From: Acidobacteriota bacterium
Lineage (GTDB): Bacteria; Acidobacteriota; UBA4820; DSQY01
NCBI GenBank assembly: GCA_021778515.1
Contig: JAJYCJ010000004.1
Span: forward strand, 7,092 to 71,091
Length of the DNA: 64,000 nucleotides
Direction of reading: 5' to 3'
Shown: piece after piece, positions 19,353 through 28,520 of the stretch
Numbering within the stretch: the stretch's first letter is position 1
Layout of the letters: each line of letters begins with the position of its first letter
Translations under genes and position numbers: made by a program
Notes under the pieces: generated by a model
Databases searched by the model: none
Told to the model about the DNA's origin: nothing
Seen by the model: the letters and a program-made list of their open reading frames with translations, nothing else

Positions 19353-19495
19353 TCCTCCCCCGGATCAAGTCCGGGGTCGGAGGCAACCCAAATCCCTTGA
19401 CGGGTGAAGACCGTCTTTCACGGAAACTATCTTCCATCTGCCTTTCGGAGCCACTGCCATGTCCCATCGCGGGATTGGGGTCTCTTCCGGCTATG
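19353..19495 (+). promoter_or_regulatory. Conserved ~145-nt leader element (copy 1), shared with the region upstream of the TonB-dependent receptor gene (61711-61852, minus strand)
   Basis: About 75% identity over ~140 nt, for example cctcccccggatcaagtccggggtcggaggc / cctcccaggatcaagcccggggtcggaggc and cctttcggagccactgccatgtcccatcgcgggattggggtctc / cctttcggcgctacggccatgtcccatcgagggatagggtctc. Each copy ends ~95-115 nt upstream of its start codon. It contains predicted hairpins (cctcc...ggagg; tccc-atcgc-ggga). Confidence 0.45.
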
Positions 19496-19587
19496 GAACG
19501 AGCGGGCGCCCTGCGCTATGCTGATCGTCTTTCGGAGGGGCGGCCCGGAGGTCCCGGCCGCCTCAGAGCTCACACGGGGAGGTGCAC

Positions 19588-20661
19588 ATGAAGCGTTTCC
19601 TGATCGGACTCCTGGCGCTGTTGCCCGTGGTCCTGCTGGCAGGCGAAAAGCCCTGGTTCAAGGGCTCGCTGGAGCAGGCCGAGGCGGCGGCGAAGAGCCA
19701 GAACAAGATGGTCGTCCTCAAGTTCTACGCGGACTGGTGAGGGTCCTGCCAGAAACTGGACCGTGACGTCCTTACGCAGAACACGATGGATCGTTTCGAC
19801 CGCAACGTCATCTGGTATCGCGCCAACGTGGACCTTCCGGACAACAAGCCCCTCCTCAAGAGCTACCACGTCACCGGGATCCCCACCACCGTGGTTCTGG
19901 ACACGAAGGGGGCGGAGGTGGATCGCATCATCGGATACGACGGCCGGTCGGAGTGGCTCAAGACCCTGCTGGGTTACCTCTACGGCGTGGACACCCTGCA
20001 AGACTACCTCGATCGGGCCTCCGCCGCTCCGACCGTGGCCGAAGGGGTCACCATCGCCCAGAAGTACCTGGACCGCGGCGAGCCGAAGGAGTCTTTGGTC
20101 TGGGTGGATAAGGCCCGGGCTCTCAAGCCGGGGCCGGACGAGAAGGCCACGCAGACGCTGAGGTTCATCGAGGCGCAGGCCTGGCTGACCACCGATGCCC
20201 CGAAGGGAATCGAGGCCCTCACCGTGGTCGCCACGGATGCCAAGGACCCCAACGCCGCCGATGCCTTCGGCACGCTCTCGGGCCACTACCGCCGGGAGGC
20301 CAAGAACGCCAAGGACGTGGCCGCCAAGCAGAAGGCCGAGGAGAGCCTCATGGCCCTCTACAACAAGCTGCTTCCCTCCCACCAGGACGACGCCCAGTTC
20401 CTCAACGACTACGCCTGGCACTGCGCGGAGCTGGGGGTGGAGCTGGAGAAGGCCCTGACGGCGGGGCAGCGCGCCGCCGAACTCAGCAAGCAGGACCCCG
20501 GCGTCCTGGACACGGTGGCTGAGGTGTACTACAAGATGGGGAAGAGTGACCAGGCCGTGGCGACCATCGACAGGGCCCTCAAGCAGAAGCCGGGCGACAG
20601 CTACCTCGAGGGGCAGCGCGCCAAGTTCCTGAAGGCCGGCGGGAGCAAGGACAAGCACTGA
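19588..20661 (+). CDS. Periplasmic thioredoxin-fold + TPR protein with an in-frame TGA at the first position of the CxxC motif; candidate selenoprotein (UxxC), otherwise a nonsense pseudogene
   Basis: ATG at 19588 with a GGGAGG RBS, followed by a signal peptide MKRFLIGLLALLPVVLLAG. Then KMVVLKFYADW-TGA-GSCQKLD: the stop at 19738-19740 sits exactly where Trx has the first Cys of WCGPC, and the frame continues (same frame as table ORF 19786..20661). Downstream is the Trx cis-Pro motif YHVTGIPTTVVLD, followed by a TPR-like C-terminal half. A GC stem (GGUCC...GGACC) starts 1 nt after the UGA. Confidence 0.55.
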
Positions 20662-20730
20662 CCCGCTCGTGGCCTTCGCAGAGCGATCCTCGGCGCCCCG
20701 GTCGCGGTTGACGGCCGGGGCGCTTCGCGT

Positions 20731-23109
20731 ATGGCCGGGGAGGAAGGGGGGAATGTCTCCGTGAGGTCATGGGAGGCGCGCACGGCCGTCCTGGCCGCGT
20801 TTGCCGCGGGGCTCGGTCTCGCCCCGTGGATTGCTGCGCCCTGGTGGATTGCCCTGCCGGCCCTCGCTGTGGCCGCCCCGGTACTGCGCCTGCCCCGCCT
20901 GCGTCTCGCCCTCCCCCTGCTGGCGGCCATCGTGGGTCTGGCCTCGGGAGGGGCCCGGCTCCACTCCCCGGCTCCCGACTGGCTCACCCAGACCGTTTCC
21001 CGGGCCCAGGGCCCCACCTACTTCTGGGTGAGGGGCAAAGTCGTCGAGGCCGAGCCCTGGCCCGACGGAAGCCGGATCACCCTTCAGCTCGACCTCGCCC
21101 GCACGGAGTCGGCCTGGCTTCCCGATCACTCTCTCGTCCGGGCCTACCTGCCGATCCCGCCTCCCGCCGAGGGGGCGCGGCTGGAGGCGAGCCTGGGGCT
21201 CACCGCCCCCCGCTCCTCCTCCAACCCGGGACAATTCGATTCGGCGGCCTACCTCGAACACCAGGGCATTTCTCTCGTCGGAACGTGCCGGAGCGCCGCC
21301 CTCGTCCGCGAATCTCCTCCCGGGAGATGGCACCTGATCGGACGATACAGACAGGCCATCCGGTCCCGTCTGGAGGAGGACACGGGCGACCTCCGCGGGG
21401 CCCTTCTGGCGCTCCTGCTGGGCGAACGGGGGCTCCTGGACACCCAGAGCACCGCCAACTTGAGCCGGTCCGGCCTCCTCCACCTGATCGCACTCTCGGG
21501 CTTCAACGTGGGCCTGGTCCTGCTCCTCTTCATGGGGCTGGCCCACGCCCTCCGGTGCCCCCCCTCCTGGCGGGACGCGGCCGGGCTCGCCCTTCTGGTG
21601 GTCTACGGACTCCTCGTCGCGCCGAGCAGCTCCCTGTCGCGCGCGCTCCTGATGGCGGCTCTGTTTCTCCTGTTGCGCCTGCTCGCCAGGCCCCACAGCG
21701 CGGTCACGGCGTGGACCCTGGCGGCGGCCCTGCTCCTCGTCTACCGGCCCCAGTTCATCTTGGACGCCGGCTTCCAGCTCACCTTCGCGGCGACCTTGGG
21801 CATCCTGGTGTTCTGGAGCGCCTACCCCGCGGCCCTGCCCGCCAAAGGCCCGCTGGGTTGGTTGCTCAAGCTGCTCTGGGTGGGGCTCTCGGCCCAGCTC
21901 GCCACGCTTCCCATCCTGGTGATCACCTTCCACCGGTTCTCCCCGTGGGGATGGCTCGCCACTCCGGCCGCCTCCCTCCCGCTCATGGCCGTCCAGGGGA
22001 TCGGGCTCCTGTACATCCTGGGTCTCGGGTTCGTGCCGGGCCTGCACCAGGCTCTGGCCTGGAGCCTGGAGCTGACGGCCAGACCCTTCATGGCCATGGC
22101 GGAGGGACTGGGCAGGAGCGCCTGGGGAAGCTTCTTCGTTCCGTTTCCGTGGTGGGGCTGGACGGCTCTCTACCTTCTGGGGCTCGCCATCCTGGCCTGG
22201 CCGTCGCGCCGCCGGGCATCCGGATGGGTGCTCATCGGGGCCGCCGCCGTGGCCTTCTGGTCCTGGCCGACCGGGCCGGCGGTTCGGGACGCCCGGGGAG
22301 TGGCCCTCCTCGACGTCGGGGAGGCCTCATGCCAGGCCGTGCTCTGGCCGGGCGGTTGTTTTCTCGTCGACGTGGGCACCAGCGGCATCGAGGGCCCCGG
22401 ATCGGGGATCACCGTGATCGAGCCATTCCTGGCCAGGACGGGCGTGAAGGGCCTGACCGGCATCGTGCTGACGCACTGGGACCGCGACCACTGCGGCGCC
22501 GCGGAGGACCTGATCCAGGACCTCCCCGTTGGCTTTCTGGCTTATCCAGCCTCCGATCCACCCAAGCCCGATCTGCCGCAGCGAATCGCCGCGATAGCCT
22601 CGGCGAGGAACGTTCCGCTGATTCCGCTGACCCGCGGACAGGGATTCGTCACCTCGGGCCCCTCTTTCTCGGTCCTCGGCCCTGGGGAGCCGTGCGACCT
22701 CCCCGACGAGAACAACCGCAGCCTGACGGCGAGGCTCACGTTCGGGCCCACCGCGCTGCTCGCCACGGGGGACCTTGAACGGGCGGGCGAGCGCGACATC
22801 CTGGAGGCCAGCCTTCCCCTGTCGGCCTACGCGCTGATCTCGCCCCACCACGGGTCCGCCACCTCCAGCAGCCGGGCCTGGCTGGATGCCGTGGCGCCCA
22901 AGGTGGTCCTCATCAGCGTGGGACGGGCCAACCGCTTCGGCCACCCGTCGTCCGCCGTGCTGGCCCGCTACGCATCCTTGCCTGCCCGGGTCTACCGCAC
23001 CGACCGGGACGGCGCCCTCCTGCTGGACCTGACGGAAGGCCGTCCCATGGTCTACCGCCATCGGGACGGAGACTGGTCGCGACGGCTCTTTCGCCGCCTC
23101 TGCCCGTGA
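20731..23109 (+). CDS. comEC: DNA internalisation competence protein ComEC/Rec2 (with metallo-beta-lactamase domain)
   Basis: 792 aa with a polytopic ComEC domain. The C-terminal MBL domain has LLDVGEASCQAV...LTHWDRDHCG...ISPHHGS. The exact start is uncertain. Confidence 0.85.
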   Translation: MAGEEGGNVSVRSWEARTAVLAAFAAGLGLAPWIAAPWWIALPALAVAAPVLRLPRLRLALPLLAAIVGLASGGARLHSPAPDWLTQTVSRAQGPTYFWVRGKVVEAEPWPDGSRITLQLDLARTESAWLPDHSLVRAYLPIPPPAEGARLEASLGLTAPRSSSNPGQFDSAAYLEHQGISLVGTCRSAALVRESPPGRWHLIGRYRQAIRSRLEEDTGDLRGALLALLLGERGLLDTQSTANLSRSGLLHLIALSGFNVGLVLLLFMGLAHALRCPPSWRDAAGLALLVVYGLLVAPSSSLSRALLMAALFLLLRLLARPHSAVTAWTLAAALLLVYRPQFILDAGFQLTFAATLGILVFWSAYPAALPAKGPLGWLLKLLWVGLSAQLATLPILVITFHRFSPWGWLATPAASLPLMAVQGIGLLYILGLGFVPGLHQALAWSLELTARPFMAMAEGLGRSAWGSFFVPFPWWGWTALYLLGLAILAWPSRRRASGWVLIGAAAVAFWSWPTGPAVRDARGVALLDVGEASCQAVLWPGGCFLVDVGTSGIEGPGSGITVIEPFLARTGVKGLTGIVLTHWDRDHCGAAEDLIQDLPVGFLAYPASDPPKPDLPQRIAAIASARNVPLIPLTRGQGFVTSGPSFSVLGPGEPCDLPDENNRSLTARLTFGPTALLATGDLERAGERDILEASLPLSAYALISPHHGSATSSSRAWLDAVAPKVVLISVGRANRFGHPSSAVLARYASLPARVYRTDRDGALLLDLTEGRPMVYRHRDGDWSRRLFRRLCP

Positions 23110-23172
23110 AGACGGCAAGGGCCCCGCTCGGGTGGAGCGGGGCCCTCGTGCGCAGCCTGCTTGTGTTCGATC

Positions 23173-23688
23173 TCAGCCCTTCTGGCCGGCGGTATAGCTC
23201 TGCAGGAGCTTGGTGAACTCCTCGGTCATCTCATGCCCCCGGTACCGGATCACGCCCTTCCCATCCAGGAGGATCACCGTGGGGATGCCCTCGACGCCGT
23301 ACTCGGTGGCGATCTTGTTGTCCACGTCCCAGAGGACGGTGTAGGGCAGCTCCTGCTCCTGCTGGAACCGGACCACGTCCTCCCGGCTCTCCCGGAAGTT
23401 GAGGGCCACGCCCAGCATCCGGAGCCCCTTCTTGGCGTACTCCTCGTGGATCTTCTTCAGGTCGGGGATCTCCCGCTTGCAGGGGGGACACCACGTGGCC
23501 CAGAAGAACAGCAGGGTGGGCTTGCCCTCGTTCTTGAGAAGGCTCACCGGCTGGCCGCCCTGCACGGGCTGGAGCGTGAAATCCTCCGCGGCCTGCCCCA
23601 CGTCGGTCCCCGCGAAGACCGTGGCCATCGCCAGAACTCCGGCGAGGGCGGCGGCCAGGATGGTCGTTTTCTTAGCGTTCGATGCCAT
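23173..23688 (-). CDS. TlpA-like thiol-disulfide oxidoreductase (redoxin, WCPPC)
   Basis: From the ATG at 23688: MASNAKKTTILAAALAG... (signal anchor), LLFFWATWCPPCKREIPDL active site, and GIPTVILLD cis-Pro motif. Confidence 0.8.
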   Translation of the reverse strand: MASNAKKTTILAAALAGVLAMATVFAGTDVGQAAEDFTLQPVQGGQPVSLLKNEGKPTLLFFWATWCPPCKREIPDLKKIHEEYAKKGLRMLGVALNFRESREDVVRFQQEQELPYTVLWDVDNKIATEYGVEGIPTVILLDGKGVIRYRGHEMTEEFTKLLQSYTAGQKG

Positions 23689-24016
23689 GGCTACTCTCCT
23701 CGGAGGCGAATGATACGCCGGAAGCGGGACCGGCTGCAAGCCGCAACCGATGCTTCAGGCGGCGGCAGATGGCCTCGCTCGGGTTGTCCATGCAGTCCAT
23801 GCAGGAGTCCAGAGCGTCACGCAGTTTGGCTGGCGCCGGCTCGGTGGAGCGTCCCAGCGGGATGACCGCCTCCACCAGGACCCTCTGGGCTCTCAGCGCC
23901 GAGGCACAGGGGAGGCATGCCGCGCAGTGGGACTCGACCTCCTGTTTGCCGCGCTTATCAAGTTGTCCACGCAGGTAAGCACCAAGCTTGGCCCGCACCC
24001 GTCCGCAAGTTGACAT
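23672..24016 (-). CDS. Putative zinc-finger (zf-HC2) anti-sigma factor
   Basis: An HxxxCxxC motif (ESHCAACLPCASAL) near the N-terminus, located immediately downstream of the ECF sigma gene. Its 3' end overlaps the TlpA start by 17 nt. Confidence 0.55.
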   Translation of the reverse strand: MSTCGRVRAKLGAYLRGQLDKRGKQEVESHCAACLPCASALRAQRVLVEAVIPLGRSTEPAPAKLRDALDSCMDCMDNPSEAICRRLKHRLRLAAGPASGVSFASEESSHGIER

Positions 24017-24095
24017 CTGCATCCCTCCCAGCAGTGCGCATTCTCACCGCCCCAGCAAATTCCGGCGGTGCCCCGTCTGCGCCTCTTCCTCTTCT

Positions 24096-24686
24096 TCAGG
24101 CCCCCTGGGCCAGGGCCGGTACCACGAGCTGACCCCCCTGGTTCCAGCCGCGATCCGGAGTGTGCCCGCCGAGCTGCTTCTGCATCAGCTTCCGGGCCCG
24201 GTGTATGCGAGACATGATCGTTCCGATGGGGCAGTCCATCATGTCGGCGATCTCCCGGTAGGAAAAGCCGCCTACCAAGGATAGCATCAAAGCCTCCCGG
24301 TAGCCCGGGGGGAGCGTCTCGAAGGCGTGCTGGACGTCCTCCTTCAGGATGGAGTTCATCAGCGTCGCCTCGGGGTCGGCGGGCCGCATGCCCGTGTGCT
24401 CGACCTGGCTCTCCTGCGTCTCCTCGATGGACTCGAAATCCACCTCGTTCGGCCGCCTGTGCTGTTTGCGGTAGTGGTTGATGAAGGTGTTCTTGAGGAT
24501 GCGGTAGAGCCACGCCTTGCAGTTGGTGCCGGGCTCGTATTTGTCGAAAAACCGGTAGGCCCGAAGGAACGTCTCCTGGACCAGATCCTGCGCGTCGTCC
24601 TCGTTCCTTGTGATCTTCAGCGCCAGGTTGTACAGGAAGTCCAGGTGGATGAGGGCAGTCTGTTCAAAATAGGCTCGGGATACCAT
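24096..24686 (-). CDS. ECF-type RNA polymerase sigma-70 factor
   Basis: Region 2 ([44 protein letters not shown]) and region 4 ([40 protein letters not shown]). Confidence 0.85.
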   Translation of the reverse strand: MVSRAYFEQTALIHLDFLYNLALKITRNEDDAQDLVQETFLRAYRFFDKYEPGTNCKAWLYRILKNTFINHYRKQHRRPNEVDFESIEETQESQVEHTGMRPADPEATLMNSILKEDVQHAFETLPPGYREALMLSLVGGFSYREIADMMDCPIGTIMSRIHRARKLMQKQLGGHTPDRGWNQGGQLVVPALAQGA

Positions 24687-24801
24687 GGGCTTTCCCCTTG
24701 CTCTTTTTGCTCTCTTTTTGCCGCCGTTCGAGTGGTCTGACGATTGCGCCTCGTTCGAACCCTGTGGTATAGGTTGAAATCCTTTTGCCGCCGGAGGTTG
24801 C

Positions 24802-25914
24802 GTGCTGTCCTATCTGTATGGAGCCTTGACCCGCCTTGCCGGCCTCTCCACCATCCGGAGAGCCGAACTTCTTGGCCAGGAGGACCTCCTGCTCCGGCTC
24901 CGCTCCGGGAGAAACGTCCCCGAGCTCCACCCTTCGATAAGCAAGGCCGCTGCCAAACTGGACTGGGAGGCGTGCGAACGCCAGGACAGGGAGGCCCAGG
25001 CCCGTGGAATCGAGCTCCTGAGCTGGGACGACGGCCGGTACCCCGCCGCCCTGAGAACCGTCCCCGATCCGCCCCCGGCTCTCTACCTGCTGGGCTCGGT
25101 CGAGGCGCTGGAAGGCCCGGCCGTCGCGGTGGTGGGCTCCCGCCTGTGCACCGTCTACGGGCAGAACGTGGCGCAGACCCTGGCGGCCGAATTGGCCCGG
25201 TCTGGACTGACCGTGGTGAGCGGCCTGGCCCGCGGCATAGACTCCTCCGCCCACGAGGGTTCCCTGGTGGTCCCCGGCAGGGCCGTGGCCGTCCTGGGAA
25301 CCGGGATCGACGTGCCCTATCCCCGGGAAAACGAAGGGCTCATGCGGCGGATCGTGGACCGGGGAGGAGCCGTGGTGACGGAGTTCCCGCCAGGCACCCC
25401 ACCGGCGCCCAGGAATTTTCCCATCCGGAACCGGGTTATTGCGGGCTTGGTCTGGGGCGTGGTGATCGTGGAGGCCACCGAGCGCTCCGGCTCTCTCATC
25501 ACTGCCCGTTTCGCCCTTGAAACGGGGAGGGAAGTGTTCGCGGTCCCGCAAAACATTACAAGCCGCACGGCTGTTGGCCCTAATACGTTGATCCAGAAGG
25601 GGGCCAAGCTGATCCAGCGGGGGCAGGACCTCCTGGAGGAACTGCCCGAGCATCTTCGTTGCAAGCTGAAACAGACGGAGGAGCCGGAGGGGACCGCCCA
25701 GGATTCGCTCTCGGAACCATCGGCGGCGAACCGGCGCCTGCTCGCGATCTTGAAGCCCGACCGGGGACTCAGCGTGGATGAGTTGTGCCGGAGCTCCGAC
25801 CTGCCCGCATCGGAGGTGCTCTCCGGCCTTCTCGAGTTGCAAATGGCCGGCGTCTGTGTAGAATTGCCCGGGATGCGCTACGCCCTGAAGGGCCGGATGA
25901 AGGAGCCCCACTGA
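24802..25914 (+). CDS. dprA: DNA processing protein DprA (Smf)
   Basis: 370 aa with the Rossmann-like DprA core [46 protein letters not shown] and the classic dprA-topA gene order. Confidence 0.85.
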   Translation: MLSYLYGALTRLAGLSTIRRAELLGQEDLLLRLRSGRNVPELHPSISKAAAKLDWEACERQDREAQARGIELLSWDDGRYPAALRTVPDPPPALYLLGSVEALEGPAVAVVGSRLCTVYGQNVAQTLAAELARSGLTVVSGLARGIDSSAHEGSLVVPGRAVAVLGTGIDVPYPRENEGLMRRIVDRGGAVVTEFPPGTPPAPRNFPIRNRVIAGLVWGVVIVEATERSGSLITARFALETGREVFAVPQNITSRTAVGPNTLIQKGAKLIQRGQDLLEELPEHLRCKLKQTEEPEGTAQDSLSEPSAANRRLLAILKPDRGLSVDELCRSSDLPASEVLSGLLELQMAGVCVELPGMRYALKGRMKEPH

Positions 25915-28274
25915 TGTCTCAGACCCTCTTGATCGTGGAATCGCCGGCCAAGGCCAAGGCCATCCAGAAGTATCTGGGCAAGGGCTTCACCGTGAAGGCC
26001 TCCATGGGCCACGTGCGAGACCTGCCTTCCAACAAGATGGCGGTGGACGTGGAGAAGGACTTCCGCCCCACCTTCGTGATCCTGCCCAAGAAGAAGACCG
26101 CCGTGGCCGAGATCCACGCCGCCGCCCAGAAGGCCGGTGCCATCCTGCTCGCGGCCGACCCCGACCGGGAGGGAGAGGCCATCTGTTATCACCTCCAGGA
26201 GATCCTCAAGGATACGGGCAAGCCGGTGGGGCGGGTCCTCTTCCACGAGATCACCTCCGGCGCCATCCGGGAGGCCGTGGAGCACCCGATCGAGGTGGAT
26301 GCCCGAAAGGTGAATGCCCAGATGGCCCGCCGGGTGATCGACCGGCTGGTGGGCTACCAGATCTCCCCGCTGCTGTGGGACAAGGTCAAGAAGGGCCTCT
26401 CCGCGGGCCGGGTGCAGACCGTGGCTCTGCGCATGATCTGCGAGCGCGAAGGGGCCATCCGCGCCTTCGTGGCCGAGGAGTACTGGACTCTCACGGCCCG
26501 CCTCGAGGGGGAGGCCCATATCCCCTTCGAAGCCAAGCTGACCCAGTGGCAGGGCAAGAAGGCCGAGGTGCGATCCGCCACCGAGAGCGAGGCGGTCCTA
26601 CAGGGCCTCGAGGGGCGCCCCTGGGCGGTCTCCAAGGTCGAAAAGAAGAAGCAGAAGCGCTCTCCTCTGCCCCCCTTCATCACCAGCAAACTCCAGCAGG
26701 AGGCGGCCCGCCTTCTGCACTTTCCCGTGAAGAAGACCATGTCCGTCGCTCAGCGCCTCTACGAGGGCGTGGACCTGGCCGACGGGGAGACGGTCGGCCT
26801 CATCACCTATATGCGCACCGACTCCACGCGGGTTTCGCCGCAGGCCGTGGAGGCGGCCCGGGCGTTCATCCCGCAGGCCTTCGGGTCCGACTACCTGGCG
26901 CCCAAGCCCCGCCTCTACGCGCCGGCCAAGGCGGCACAGGATGCCCACGAGGCCATTCGCCCGACCGACGTGACCCGGACGCCCGATTCCGTGAAGGGCT
27001 CCCTCTCCAGGGACGAGCACGCCCTCTACCGGCTGATCTGGAGGCGGTTCGTGGCCTCGCAGATGGCCGACGCCGTTTTCGACGCTACCAAGGTCCAGGT
27101 GGCCTGCGGCGAAGGGACCTTCTCGGCCGCGGGATCGGTGTGCGTCTTCCAGGGATTCCTGGCCGCCTACGAGGTGGAGGAGAACGGCGAGAAGGGCGTG
27201 CTTCCGCCTCTGCGGGAGGGCGAGCCTCTGCGCCTCCTGGAGCTGACGCCCGAGCAGAAATTCACCGAGCCGCCGGCCCGTTACACCGAGGCCTCGCTCG
27301 TCAAGGCACTGGAGGAGAACGGCATCGGCCGTCCCTCCACCTACGCGGCCATCATCTCCACCATCCAAGAGCGCGAATACGTGGTCAAGGAGAAGGCCTT
27401 CCTCGTGCCTACGGACCTCGGCAAGATCGTGAGCGACATCCTCGTGAAACACTTTCCGGCCCTGTTCGATGTCGGCTACACGGCCAGTCTGGAAAACGAT
27501 CTGGACCAGGTGGAGAGCGGCAAGGAGGAGCGGTTGGCCCTGCTCAAGCGCTTCTGGGCCCAGTTCGAAAAGGAGCTGGAGGCGGCCAGGGGCAACATGG
27601 TGGACCTCCGAAAGGAGGGGCAACCCACCGACGAGGTCTGCGACAAATGCGGCAAGCCCATGGTGCTGCGGATGGGCCGATTCGGACGGTTCCTGGCCTG
27701 TACGGGCTACCCGGAGTGCAAGGGGACCCGCCCCGTGGCCGACGAGAATCCACCCGAGGTGCCCGAGGAGCACAAGACCTGCGAGAAGTGCGGGGGAGCC
27801 ATGACCGTCCGCCAGGGCCGGTTCGGCCCCTTCCTCGCCTGCGAGAACTACCCCGCATGCAAGACCACCATCAAGCTCCGGCGCAGCAAGGAGGGCAAGG
27901 TCGTGGCCGCCAAGGACGAGGTACTCGACGAGAAGTGCCCCGAGTGCGGCAACCCCCTCGTGAAGAAGCAGGGGAGGTACGGTCCCTTCGTGGCCTGCTC
28001 CAACTACCCCACCTGCAAGTACATCCAGAAGGAGACGGTGGAGGTCCCCTGCCCCAAGTGCGGCAAGCCCCTCGCCAAGCGCTTCACCAAGAGCCGCAAG
28101 GTCTTTTACGGCTGCACGGGGTATCCGGAGTGCGACTTCGTCTCCTGGTCCAAACCCCTCCCGGGTCCCTGCCCGCTGTGCGGCAGCCCCTACCTCGTGG
28201 AGCGCCGCGGCCGCTCGGGAGCCTCCAGGGCCTGCCCCTCCAAGGGCTGTACCTTCAGCGAACCGCTCCCCTGA
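25914..28274 (+). CDS. topA: DNA topoisomerase I
   Basis: Start [22 protein letters not shown] (Toprim). The ATG overlaps the dprA stop (TGATG). The catalytic Tyr region ITYMRTDSTR is present, with four C-terminal C4 zinc ribbons. Confidence 0.9.
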   Translation: MSQTLLIVESPAKAKAIQKYLGKGFTVKASMGHVRDLPSNKMAVDVEKDFRPTFVILPKKKTAVAEIHAAAQKAGAILLAADPDREGEAICYHLQEILKDTGKPVGRVLFHEITSGAIREAVEHPIEVDARKVNAQMARRVIDRLVGYQISPLLWDKVKKGLSAGRVQTVALRMICEREGAIRAFVAEEYWTLTARLEGEAHIPFEAKLTQWQGKKAEVRSATESEAVLQGLEGRPWAVSKVEKKKQKRSPLPPFITSKLQQEAARLLHFPVKKTMSVAQRLYEGVDLADGETVGLITYMRTDSTRVSPQAVEAARAFIPQAFGSDYLAPKPRLYAPAKAAQDAHEAIRPTDVTRTPDSVKGSLSRDEHALYRLIWRRFVASQMADAVFDATKVQVACGEGTFSAAGSVCVFQGFLAAYEVEENGEKGVLPPLREGEPLRLLELTPEQKFTEPPARYTEASLVKALEENGIGRPSTYAAIISTIQEREYVVKEKAFLVPTDLGKIVSDILVKHFPALFDVGYTASLENDLDQVESGKEERLALLKRFWAQFEKELEAARGNMVDLRKEGQPTDEVCDKCGKPMVLRMGRFGRFLACTGYPECKGTRPVADENPPEVPEEHKTCEKCGGAMTVRQGRFGPFLACENYPACKTTIKLRRSKEGKVVAAKDEVLDEKCPECGNPLVKKQGRYGPFVACSNYPTCKYIQKETVEVPCPKCGKPLAKRFTKSRKVFYGCTGYPECDFVSWSKPLPGPCPLCGSPYLVERRGRSGASRACPSKGCTFSEPLP

Positions 28275-28461
28275 GAGAATCGCGAAGAGCGCGTTGAAAG
28301 CACGCCCGAAGGCGCGCAGAAGCCTGGAGCCGGGGCGCTCCTCGCGGGGGCGTCCCCCCCTGTGCGGCCCCTGGCGGTTCGGACGGTGCTCCCACCTTCG
28401 TCATCCAGTCAGTCCGTGATCTTCCGCGCCCAGCGCGTGGCGGCTGGTGCCTCCCATCTCG

Positions 28462-28489
28462 CAAAAAAAGGAGGGCCTTTCGGCCCTCG
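28462..28489 (-). terminator. Rho-independent terminator downstream of lpxC
   Basis: Minus strand: gagggccgaaaggccctcc followed by ttttttt. Confidence 0.55.
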
Positions 28490-28520
28490 ATGGTTGGAGG
28501 AAGGAAGTTGAGTAAGGAGG

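Noticed and set aside
19397-19432. Sigma-70 promoter call from the TTGACG inside the conserved leader
   Set aside because: No convincing -10 hexamer lies at 16-19 bp spacing in either copy (candidate boxes sit 13 or 24 bp away), so the element is reported as a conserved leader of unknown mechanism.
23110-23172. Hairpin gggccccgctc-gggtg-gagcggggccc between convergent comEC and tlpA as a bidirectional terminator
   Set aside because: The stem is good but lacks a U-tract on either strand, so it was left as a possible factor-dependent or structural element only.
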